From Ignavibacteria bacterium (lineage in GTDB: Bacteria; Bacteroidota; Ignavibacteria; Kapaibacteriales; UBA2268): a stretch of 64,000 bases of DNA. The notes beneath the pieces were generated by a model that made no database searches, was not told where the DNA came from, and was given only the letters and a program-made list of their open reading frames with translations. Positions within the stretch are counted from its first letter, which is position 1, and each line of letters opens with the position of its first letter. The stretch lies in contig JAAYTD010000013.1 in the NCBI GenBank assembly GCA_012518115.1, positions 64,179 to 128,178 on the forward strand, written 5' to 3'. Position numbers and translations under genes: made by a program. This document shows, in pieces, positions 39,827 through 49,004 of the stretch.

Positions 39827-41788
39827 ATGAAAGAAACAAAACAAAAAAAATCAAAAAAAGTGGAAAAGAAAGACTACAACTATTGGTTAAAAAAAGTTGC
39901 TATTTATCCCCAAGAGTTAGAATACGTTCCTAAGAAATTTAAGACCGCCGAACTTTGTAAAAAAGCAGTGAAGCATGATGGTTGGGTATTAGAATTTGTT
40001 CCTGAAGAATTAGTAACTGCAGAGCTATGCGAAATTGCTGTAAAAACAGATGGTGAGGCTTTGGCATTTGTTCCAGATGAATTCATAATACCTGAACTCT
40101 GTGCTTTAGCGGTACAAGAAGAGGGTAGAGCTTTAGAGTATGTTCCAGATGAATTAATTACATCGGAAATTTGTGCCTTAGCAGTTAAACAGAATGGTTG
40201 GGCGTTAATATATGTTCCAGATAAATTAAAAACGTCTGAACTTTGTGCCTTAGCGGTCAAACAGGACGAGGAAGGATATATATTAAATTATGTTCCAGAT
40301 GAATTAAAGACACTGGAAGTCTGCAAGTTAGCAATAGTATCAAGCAGTTATGCATTAAAATATATCCCTGCTGAATTGAGAACGCGGAATTTCTATAATT
40401 TAGCAGTAACATTAAACGGTTGTGTATTAGAATATGTTCCCGAAGAATTAAAGACGTCTGAACTTTGTGCCTTAGCAGTTAAACAGGACGGCAGAGCATT
40501 GGAGTATGTTCCAGAATATTTTAAGAGCGAGGAACTTTGTGCTTTAGCGGTCAAACAAGACGGCAGAGCATTAAAATATGTCCCTAAAGATTTTAAGAGC
40601 AAGGAGATTTGTGCCTTAGCAGTAAAAAATTATGGCTATTCATTAGAAGATGTTCCTTCTGAACTAATTACATCAGAACTTTGTGCCTTAGCGGTCGAAC
40701 AGGCCGGCTGGGCTTTAAGACATGTCCCTGAAGACTTCAGAACAGAGGAACTATGCAAACAAGCAGTAGAAGATGATGGTTTTGCTTTGGAGTATGTTCC
40801 AGACAAATTTAAGACTGCGGATCTTTGTGAAAAAGCCATATTAACACGTGCCTCAGCTTTGGAGTATGTTCCAGACAAATTTAAGACTGCGGAAATCTGT
40901 AAACTCGCCGTAAAAAAATATGGTAGGACTTTGAGATTTGTTCCTGAAAAAATAATCACTGCAAAACTCTGCAAAAATGCTGTAAAAGGATATGGTGAGA
41001 TTTTGGAGTATGTTCCAGACAAATTTAAGACTGCGGAGCTTTGTGAAAGAGCCGTATTATCAAATGGGTTAGCTTTAGAATTTGTTCCTAAAGAATTTAA
41101 GACTGCGGAGCTCTGTGAAAAAGCTGTAAAAGGAGACGCTTGTGCTTTGGGTGATGTTCCTAAAAAATTTATCACTGCGGAACTTTGTAAATTAGCAGTA
41201 GAATTAGATGATAGTGCTTTGGATTTTGTTCCTGATGAACTCCTGACTTCCGAACTTTGTGAAATAGCAGTGGAAGGTTTTGGTGATGCTTTGTATATTA
41301 TTCCTGATGAATTTAAGACCGCCGATTTATGTGAAAAAGCAGTAAAACAATATGGTTGTGCTTTGGATTTTGTTCCCGATGAATTAAAAACTGCAGATCT
41401 TTGTAAAACTGCTGTAAATAAAAATGGCCGGGCTTTAAGGTATGTTCCTGAAAAATTAAGAACTCTTGATTTATGCAAGCTTGCAGTACAAAATGACGGT
41501 GATGTCTTTAGATATATTCCTGATAAATATAAAACGCCTGAATTATATGAAATAGTCATAAATCAACATAGATGGATGTTTGAATTTGTTCCTTTTGAAT
41601 TTAAGACCGCTGATTTCTGTGAAAAAGCAGTAAAGCTATACGGTAAAGCTTTGGAGTTTGTCCCTGAAGAATTAATAACTCTTGATTTATGCAAACTAGC
41701 TGTAGAACAGAATAGCGAAGCTTTGCAGTTTGTTCCTGCCAAATTCAAAGCGGAAGTAAAAAAGATGTTAGAAGAAGAGAATGATTGA
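39827..41788 (+). CDS. DUF4116-like 24-aa repeat protein, array member 5
   Basis: 653 aa, ~25 repeats; conserved termini. Confidence 0.8.
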   Translation: MKETKQKKSKKVEKKDYNYWLKKVAIYPQELEYVPKKFKTAELCKKAVKHDGWVLEFVPEELVTAELCEIAVKTDGEALAFVPDEFIIPELCALAVQEEGRALEYVPDELITSEICALAVKQNGWALIYVPDKLKTSELCALAVKQDEEGYILNYVPDELKTLEVCKLAIVSSSYALKYIPAELRTRNFYNLAVTLNGCVLEYVPEELKTSELCALAVKQDGRALEYVPEYFKSEELCALAVKQDGRALKYVPKDFKSKEICALAVKNYGYSLEDVPSELITSELCALAVEQAGWALRHVPEDFRTEELCKQAVEDDGFALEYVPDKFKTADLCEKAILTRASALEYVPDKFKTAEICKLAVKKYGRTLRFVPEKIITAKLCKNAVKGYGEILEYVPDKFKTAELCERAVLSNGLALEFVPKEFKTAELCEKAVKGDACALGDVPKKFITAELCKLAVELDDSALDFVPDELLTSELCEIAVEGFGDALYIIPDEFKTADLCEKAVKQYGCALDFVPDELKTADLCKTAVNKNGRALRYVPEKLRTLDLCKLAVQNDGDVFRYIPDKYKTPELYEIVINQHRWMFEFVPFEFKTADFCEKAVKLYGKALEFVPEELITLDLCKLAVEQNSEALQFVPAKFKAEVKKMLEEEND

Positions 41789-41839
41789 TTAAAAAAACAA
41801 TAAATCTAAAATTTAGAAATTTAATAAAAAGGTGAAATA

Positions 41840-43527
41840 ATGAAAGAAAATAAACAAAAAAAATCAAAAAAAGTGGAAAAGAAAGATTACAACTATTGGT
41901 TAAAAAAAGTTGCTATTTATCCCCAAGAGTTAGAATACGTTCCTACCAAATATAAGACCGCAGAGCTTTGTGAAAGAGCCGTAAAACATAGCGGTTGGGT
42001 ACTAAAGGACGTCCCTGCTGAATTAAAGACACCGGAGCTTTGCAAGTTAGCAGTAAAAAATAACGGTTGGGCATTAGAACATGTTCCTGAGGAATTGAAG
42101 ACATCAGAACTTTGTGCTTTAGCGGTACAAGAAGAGGGTGGAGCTTTAGAGTATGTTCCCGCCGAATTAAAGACACCGGAGCTTTGTAAGCTAGCAGTAA
42201 AAGAGCGTGGTAGTGCATTAAAACATGTTCCTGAGGAATTGAAGACGACTGAATTATGTGCTTTAACCTTACAAGAAAACGTTCCTTGGGCTTTAGGATA
42301 TATTCCCGAAGAATTAAGGACATTAGAGCTCTGTACGTTAGCGGTACAAAAAAACGGCAATGCCTTAGAATATGTTCCTGACGAATTAAGGACATTAGAA
42401 CTCTGTACGTTAGCGGTACAAAAAAGCAGTTATGCATTGAAATATATCCCCGAGGAATTAAAAACACCGGATTTCTATAAGTTAGCAGTAACATTAAAGG
42501 GCAGTGCCTTAGAATATGTTCCTGACGAATTAAAGACAGAGGAGCTTTGCAAGTTAGCAGTAAAAAAAATAGTAGTGTATTAGAATATGTTCCTGAAAAA
42601 TTCAAGAGTTTTGAAATCTACAAGTTAGCATTAACATCAAACGGCAGTTTGTTAGAGGACGTTCCTGACGAATTAAAGACTGCCGAACTTTGTGCTTTAG
42701 TAGTCAAGCGGGATGGCAGATTATTAAAGTATGTTCCTGAAGGCTTAAAAACATTGGAACTCTGCAAGTTAGCAGTCAAACAGTATGGCGGTGCTTTGGA
42801 ATATGTTCCTGAAGATTACAAAACTGAGGAACTCTGTAAACAAGCAGTAGAACATTATGGATATGCTTTAAAATATGTTCCTAAAAAATTTAAAACTGTT
42901 GAACTTTGTGAAAAAGCACTAAAAGGAAACGGCAGTGCTTTGGGATTTGTTCCTAAAAAATTCATCACTGCTGAACTTTGTAAACAAGCAGTAGAAGGTT
43001 CTAGCTATGCTTTGCAGTACGTTCCTGAAGAATTTATCACTTCCGAACTTTGTGAATCAGCTGTAAAACGAAATAGTGAGGTTTTGAAATATGTTCCTGA
43101 AAAATTTGTTACTGTAAAACTCTGCGAACAAGTAATAGAAAGTATAGACGAAGAAGATGATATCTCGTCTGCATTAGAAATTATTCCTGAAAAATTCATC
43201 ACTGCCAAACTTTGTAAAAAAGCAGTGGAAGAGTGTGGTTATGCTTTAATGTACGTCCCTGGAAGATTAAAAACTGCGGAACTTTGTGAAAGAGCCGTAT
43301 TATCACGTGGATTAGCTTTGGGATTTGTTCCTAAAAAATTCATCACTGCCGAGCTCTGCGAAAAAGCCGTAAAAGAAAACGGCTATGCCTTGTGTGATGT
43401 TCCTAAGAAATATAAAACTTTAGAGCTTTGTAAATTAGCAGTAGAATTAGATGATTGTGCTTTGCAGTTTGTTCCTGCTAAGTTAAAAGCGGAAGTAAGA
43501 AAGATGTTAGAAGAAGAGAATGATTGA
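41840..43527 (+). pseudogene. DUF4116-like repeat gene, array member 6, interrupted by a -1 frameshift in an A8 tract (~42558-42565); could be a true pseudogene, a phase-variable switch or a homopolymer sequencing error
   Basis: ORFs 41840-42583 and 42547-43527 are contiguous repeat-protein coding in two frames. Inserting one A in gcagtaAAAAAAAAtagtagtg restores ...AVKKNSSVLEYVPEKFKSFEIYKLA..., matching the paralogs. Confidence 0.7.
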
Positions 43528-43559
43528 TTAAAAAAACAATAAATTTAAAAGGTGAAATA

Positions 43560-45248
43560 ATGAAAGATAAAAAACAAAAAAAATCAAAAAAAGTGGAAAA
43601 GAAAGACTATAACTATTGGTTAAAAAAAGTTGCTATTTATCCCCAAGAGTTGGAATACGTTCCTAAGAAATTTAAGACTGCCGAACTTTGTAAAAAAGCA
43701 GTGAAACATGGTGGTTGGGCATTAAAATATGTTCCCGAAGAATTAAAGACACCGAAGCTTTGTAAGTTAGCAGTAAAAGAGCGCGGTAGTGCATTAAAAT
43801 ATGTTCCCGAAGAATTAAAGACACCGAAGCTTTGTAAGTTAGCGGTAAAAGAAAGCGGTTGGGCTTTAGAGCATGTTCCTGATGAATTAATGACGTCTGA
43901 ACTTTGTGCTTTAGCCTTACAAGAAAACGGTTGGTGGGCTTTCGGAAATATTCCCTATGAATTACGGACGTCAGAACTCTGTGCTTTAGCGGTACAAGAA
44001 AATGGTTTGGCTCTAGGGAGTGTTCCTTCCGAACTACGGACGTCAGAACTCTGTGCTTTAGCGGTACAAAAAAACGGCAATGTATTAAGATGTGTTCCTT
44101 CCGAATTAAAGACATTAAAGCTCTGTAAGTTAGCAATAGAATCAAGCATCTCCGCATTAGAATATATTCCAGATGAATTTAAAACACGGGATTTCTATAA
44201 GTTAGCAGTAACATTAAACAGTAGTGCATTAAAATATATCCCTGAAGATTTTAGGAGCCTTGAACTCTGCAAATTAGCAGTAACATCAGACGGTAGTTTG
44301 TTAGAATATGTTCCTGAAGATTTGAGGAACTTTGAGCTTTGCAAGTTAGCAGTAACATCAGACGGTAATTTATTAGAACATGTTCCTGAAGATTTAAAAA
44401 GTTTTAAACTTTGCAAGTTAGCAGTAGAACAGAGTGGTTGGGCATTAAAGTATGTTCCTAACGAGTTAAAGACTTCCGAACTCTGTGAGAAAGCAGTAGG
44501 AGATGTTGGGTATGCTTTGTCGTATGTTCCCGAAGAATTAAAAACTACAAAGCTCTGCAAACTTGCAGTAAAAGAAAATGGTGTTGCATTAGAGTATGTT
44601 CCTAAAAAATTAAAAACTGCAAAACTTTGTGAAAGAGCCGTCTTGTCACGTGGGTTAGCATTGGAATTTGTTCCTAAAAAACTTCTTACTGCAAAGCTCT
44701 GTGAATTAGCTGTAGAACGTAATAGCGATGCTTTGAAATATGTTCCAGATGAATTAAAGACAGCCGAGCTCTGTAAATCAGCTGTAGAATGTAATAGCGA
44801 GCTTTTGAAATATGTCCCAGACGAATTTAGCACTGTCGAACTATACAATCTAGCAATAGAAAATATATACGAAGAAGATGGCATATTATCAGCAATAGAA
44901 TTTCTTCCTGAAAAATTTATCACTGCCAAATTTTGTAAAAAAGCAGTAGAAGAGTGTGGCTATTATTTGGAGTATGTTCCTGAAAAATTTAAGACTGCGG
45001 AGATCTGTGAAAGAGCCGTCTTGTCACGTGGGTTAGCTTTGCAATTTGTTCCTAAAAAATTCATCACTGCCGAACTTTGTAAAAAAGCAGTAAAAGGAGA
45101 CGGTTATGCCTTGGACGATGTTCCTAAAAAATTTATCACTGCCGAACTTTGTAAATTAGCAGTACAATCAGATGAAGATGCTTTGCAGTTTGTTCCCGCC
45201 AAGTTCAAAGCGGAAGTAAGAAAGATGTTAGAAGAAGAGAATGAATAA
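43560..45248 (+). CDS. DUF4116-like 24-aa repeat protein, array member 7
   Basis: ~562 aa from the conserved MKDKKQKKSKKVEKKDYNYW start (the tracked ORF begins 36 nt earlier); ends AEVRKMLEEENE. Confidence 0.8.
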   Translation: MKDKKQKKSKKVEKKDYNYWLKKVAIYPQELEYVPKKFKTAELCKKAVKHGGWALKYVPEELKTPKLCKLAVKERGSALKYVPEELKTPKLCKLAVKESGWALEHVPDELMTSELCALALQENGWWAFGNIPYELRTSELCALAVQENGLALGSVPSELRTSELCALAVQKNGNVLRCVPSELKTLKLCKLAIESSISALEYIPDEFKTRDFYKLAVTLNSSALKYIPEDFRSLELCKLAVTSDGSLLEYVPEDLRNFELCKLAVTSDGNLLEHVPEDLKSFKLCKLAVEQSGWALKYVPNELKTSELCEKAVGDVGYALSYVPEELKTTKLCKLAVKENGVALEYVPKKLKTAKLCERAVLSRGLALEFVPKKLLTAKLCELAVERNSDALKYVPDELKTAELCKSAVECNSELLKYVPDEFSTVELYNLAIENIYEEDGILSAIEFLPEKFITAKFCKKAVEECGYYLEYVPEKFKTAEICERAVLSRGLALQFVPKKFITAELCKKAVKGDGYALDDVPKKFITAELCKLAVQSDEDALQFVPAKFKAEVRKMLEEENE

Positions 45249-45441
45249 TGAAAGAAAAAACTAGAAAAATAATAAATTTAGAAACAGATATTTTTTTACT
45301 TATGTAGTTCTATATAATAGTATTTTCATAAAAAATCAACATATTAACAAAAAATTAACAAAAAATTGTTAAATTGAAATAAGAAATATCAAAAAATTAA
45401 TAAAAAATTAATAATAGAGTAATTAGAGAGTAAGTAGAAAA

Positions 45442-46155
45442 ATGTCTAAAGAGTATTTGACCGGTTTAAAATCTAAATTAATAGCTGTAGTTGATGATGA
45501 GCAAGATATAATAGAGCTAGTATCTGTTAATCTTAAAAAGAATGGATTTAATGTAGTTTCTTTTAATGATGGCAGTGGTTTATTTGAATATCTACAGAAG
45601 ACACTCCCTGATTTAGTTATATTAGATTTGATGTTACCAGATTACGATGGTTTTGAGATTTGCAAGTATTTAAAGAACGATCCTCGTACAGCTAAAATAC
45701 CTATAATTATGCTTACTGCTCGTGGAGATGAGACAGACAAGATTTTAGGTTTGGAAATCGGAGCAGACGATTATTTAACTAAGCCGTTTTCACCACGAGA
45801 ATTAGTTGCACGAGTTAAAGTTATTTTTCGTCGTGGTAGCAATGCTGCTAATACTAGTACGCTTATAGTTATAAATGATATTTTGGAAATAGATACCGAA
45901 AAATATGAAGTTAAGATTGAAGGAAATAAAATTGACTTAACTCCTACGGAATATAAGATATTGAAATTACTTGCTGAACGCTATGACAAAGTCTGTTCTC
46001 GTGAGCGAATTATAGATTATATAGGTTCACAAGAGAAAGGAGTTTTTGATAGGACTGTTGACGTTCATATAAAGAATTTACGTGATAAGCTAGGTAAAGC
46101 TGCGGTTTATGTAAAAAATATTCGTGGAGTTGGCTATAAATTAGAAGGTATGTAG
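45442..46155 (+). CDS. OmpR/PhoB-family response regulator (receiver plus winged-helix DNA-binding domain); no cognate histidine kinase in the window
   Basis: 237 aa; receiver motifs (VVDDE, LVILDLMLPDYDGFE, conserved K near IIMLTAR) and C-terminal winged helix (LTPTEYKILKLLAERYDKVCSRERII...VDVHIKNLRDKL). Confidence 0.85.
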   Translation: MSKEYLTGLKSKLIAVVDDEQDIIELVSVNLKKNGFNVVSFNDGSGLFEYLQKTLPDLVILDLMLPDYDGFEICKYLKNDPRTAKIPIIMLTARGDETDKILGLEIGADDYLTKPFSPRELVARVKVIFRRGSNAANTSTLIVINDILEIDTEKYEVKIEGNKIDLTPTEYKILKLLAERYDKVCSRERIIDYIGSQEKGVFDRTVDVHIKNLRDKLGKAAVYVKNIRGVGYKLEGM

Positions 46156-46256
46156 TGTTTTTACTTTATAAATTGAATTGTTTTTTTTAATAGTTCTATA
46201 AATAAAGTAAAAAATCGTATATTTGTATTTTTAAAATACATTAATAACGAAAAACT

Positions 46257-48938
46257 ATGTTAAAAGAATTTCCTAAAAGTTTTGAGCCACAGACAGCAGA
46301 AAAAAGATGGTATAAAAAATGGTTAGATAACAAACTGTTTTCTACATCGCCAAATTCTAAAAAAACACCTTATAGCATTTTAATGCCCCCACCTAATGTA
46401 ACCGGGATTTTGCATTTCGGTCATGTTTTAAATTTAACACTTCAAGACATTTACATCCGCTCAAAAAAGATGCAAGGTTATGAAACCTGTTGGTTTCCCG
46501 GTATTGATCATGCGGGAATAGCTACTCAAGCGAAAGTTGAAGCGGAATTGCGTAAAGAAGGCATTAGCCGTTATGATTTAGGACGAGAAAAATTTGTTGA
46601 ACGCGTATTTGAATGGAAAGAAAAATATGGTGGAATTATTTTGCAACAAATGCGGGAGCTCGGTATTTCCGTTGATTGGGAGCGGACGCTTTTCACTATG
46701 GACGAGTCTGCGTGCCATGCTGTACAAGAAGTATTTGTTCGTCTTTTTGATGAAGGGTTAATTTACAAAGGCAAGCGAATTGTTAATTGGTCACCTCTTG
46801 CTCAAACCGCTATTTCTGATGAAGAGGTAGAGTTTAGGGAAGTTAAAGAACATCTTTATACTTTACGTTATTATTTTGAAAATGGAAAAGATTATCTTAA
46901 AGTAGCAACTGTTCGTCCAGAGACTATTTTTGGTGATACTGCCGTTGCTGTTAATCCTAATGATGAGCGTTATAAGCACTTAATAGGAGAAAAAGTTCGC
47001 GTTCCACTTACTGACCGATATATAAAAATTGTAGGCGATGATTATGCAGATCCAACTTTTGGAACAGGTTGCGTAAAAATCACCCCAGCTCATGATCCGA
47101 ATGATTTTTTAGTGGGCGAACGCCATAATTTAGAAATAATTAATACGATTAATCCTGATGCAACTTTGAACGAGTTGGCAGGTAAATATAATACTTTAGA
47201 TAGATTTGTAGCGCGTAAAGCTATATTAGCAGATCTTGAATCGGCAGACTTAATTGAAAAAATAGAAGATTATACTCATAATGTCGGTTTTTCACAGCGT
47301 GGTGGCGAAGTGATAGAGCCATATTTAAGTGATCAATGGTTTGTCAATATGAAATCATTTGCGGAGCTAGCTTTAGAACCTGTTTTAAATGGTGAAATAA
47401 AGTTCTATCCGACGCACTGGACAAAAACCTATGAACATTGGATGCGTAACATACGCGATTGGTGTATTTCTCGTCAGCTTTGGTGGGGACATCGTATTCC
47501 TGTTTATTATACTGAAGATGGAAAATTTACAGCAGCTAGGAGCGAAGAAGAAGCTCGCGAAAAACTTAACTTGCCACCGAACACATCTCTGAAACAAGAT
47601 GAAGATACTCTTGATACTTGGTTTTCTTCTTGGCTGTGGCCTATGACTACTATGGGTTGGCTCACAGATGACGAATCTGATTTAGAAAAATTCTTGCCTA
47701 CAGATTTATTAGTAACAGCTCCTGAAATTATTTTCTTCTGGGTAGCGCGTATGATAATGGCAAGTAAGAAATTCGTAGAAAAAATTCCTTTTAAAAATGT
47801 TTACTTTACAAGCATAATTCGTGACGGACAAGGACGAAAGCTATCAAAATCATTAGGAAATTCGCCCGACCCACTCAATATTATTGCAAAATATGGAGCT
47901 GATGCAGTTCGTTTTTCAATGATATATCTCTCGCCGCTCGGACAAGATGTGCGTATGGAAGTTGATGTAAAAAATCAAGATATCGCTTCTATAGAATTAG
48001 GAAGAAATTTTGCAAATAAAATATGGAATGCAGGTAGATTCTTGCTAATGAAACAAGAAGAGGCAGGACTTAGTGAAACATCATTGGACGAAACACAGCT
48101 AAGCTATGCAGATAAATGGATACTAGCTAGATATAATTTAACTTTACAAAGAATAAACGAAGCGCTTGATAATTATAAAGTTACAGAATATGCAAAAATA
48201 CTTTATGATTTTATATGGCGAGATTTCTGCGATTGGTATGTTGAGATACTGAAAGTACAATTTTTTGCAAGCTCTGATAACGATTATAAGAAAAAATTAA
48301 TGAGATTTGCTACTAATCTATATGAGAACATCTTGAAAATTATTCATCCTGTTATGCCATTTATTAGCGAGGAGCTCTATCATTTGACGGAAAATAGAGA
48401 TGAAAATGAAAGTATTTTGCAAACTGAGTTCCCGAAAATTGATAGCAAGTATATTAATGCTGAAATTGAGCAACAATTTGAATTAGTTCAATCTGTTGTT
48501 GAAGAAGTCCGTAAGTTGCGCGCTTCTATGAACATAGTTTCGCAAAAGTTGCCCGCAATAATTTCTATTCAAGATGAAACAACTTTGAATACATTTAGAA
48601 ATTTAGATCAAGTTATAAAAAACTTATGTAAATTTACAGAGTTAGAGATAACAAAAGATGAAGTTAAATCTAAAATGTCAGTTTCAACGGTATTTCGTGG
48701 AATAGAAGTCCATTTGATGATTGCTGGCGCTGTGGATTTAGATAAAGAAAAGCAAAGAATAGAAAAAGAAATTGCTAGATTAGAAGGAAATATCAGAGTT
48801 TGTGAAAACAAATTGAAAAATGAAAAGTTTGTTAACAATGCTGCTCCTGAAATCGTGCAAAATGAACGTGAAAAATTGAAATCTATGCAAGAAAGTTTAG
48901 CTAAAAACAAAGAAAACTTGATGAATTTAGGGAAATAG
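46257..48938 (+). CDS. valS: Valine--tRNA ligase
   Basis: 893 aa; HIGH (PPNVTGILHFGH), KMSKS (KLSKSLGNSPDP), CP1 editing region and C-terminal coiled-coil, characteristic of ValRS. Confidence 0.9.
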   Translation: MLKEFPKSFEPQTAEKRWYKKWLDNKLFSTSPNSKKTPYSILMPPPNVTGILHFGHVLNLTLQDIYIRSKKMQGYETCWFPGIDHAGIATQAKVEAELRKEGISRYDLGREKFVERVFEWKEKYGGIILQQMRELGISVDWERTLFTMDESACHAVQEVFVRLFDEGLIYKGKRIVNWSPLAQTAISDEEVEFREVKEHLYTLRYYFENGKDYLKVATVRPETIFGDTAVAVNPNDERYKHLIGEKVRVPLTDRYIKIVGDDYADPTFGTGCVKITPAHDPNDFLVGERHNLEIINTINPDATLNELAGKYNTLDRFVARKAILADLESADLIEKIEDYTHNVGFSQRGGEVIEPYLSDQWFVNMKSFAELALEPVLNGEIKFYPTHWTKTYEHWMRNIRDWCISRQLWWGHRIPVYYTEDGKFTAARSEEEAREKLNLPPNTSLKQDEDTLDTWFSSWLWPMTTMGWLTDDESDLEKFLPTDLLVTAPEIIFFWVARMIMASKKFVEKIPFKNVYFTSIIRDGQGRKLSKSLGNSPDPLNIIAKYGADAVRFSMIYLSPLGQDVRMEVDVKNQDIASIELGRNFANKIWNAGRFLLMKQEEAGLSETSLDETQLSYADKWILARYNLTLQRINEALDNYKVTEYAKILYDFIWRDFCDWYVEILKVQFFASSDNDYKKKLMRFATNLYENILKIIHPVMPFISEELYHLTENRDENESILQTEFPKIDSKYINAEIEQQFELVQSVVEEVRKLRASMNIVSQKLPAIISIQDETTLNTFRNLDQVIKNLCKFTELEITKDEVKSKMSVSTVFRGIEVHLMIAGAVDLDKEKQRIEKEIARLEGNIRVCENKLKNEKFVNNAAPEIVQNEREKLKSMQESLAKNKENLMNLGK

Positions 48939-49004
48939 AGCAGTTGAATATAAAAAGCAGTGCGGTGTTAATTACAAAAACTGCTTACGGAAAAACGAAC
49001 TTGA

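Noticed and set aside
34272-44929. Many long minus-strand ORFs inside the repeat-gene array (for example 37343-37879, 38139-38690, 40636-41559 at 307 aa, 41943-42605, 43672-44157, 44195-44929)
   Set aside because: They are antisense to genes that have conserved RBS, starts and termini, and have no starts or RBS of their own. They stay open only because the 72-nt repeat periodicity avoids stop codons in the antisense frames. Their translations (SGTYSKA.., LMSLI..) are themselves 24-aa periodic echoes of the sense repeat.
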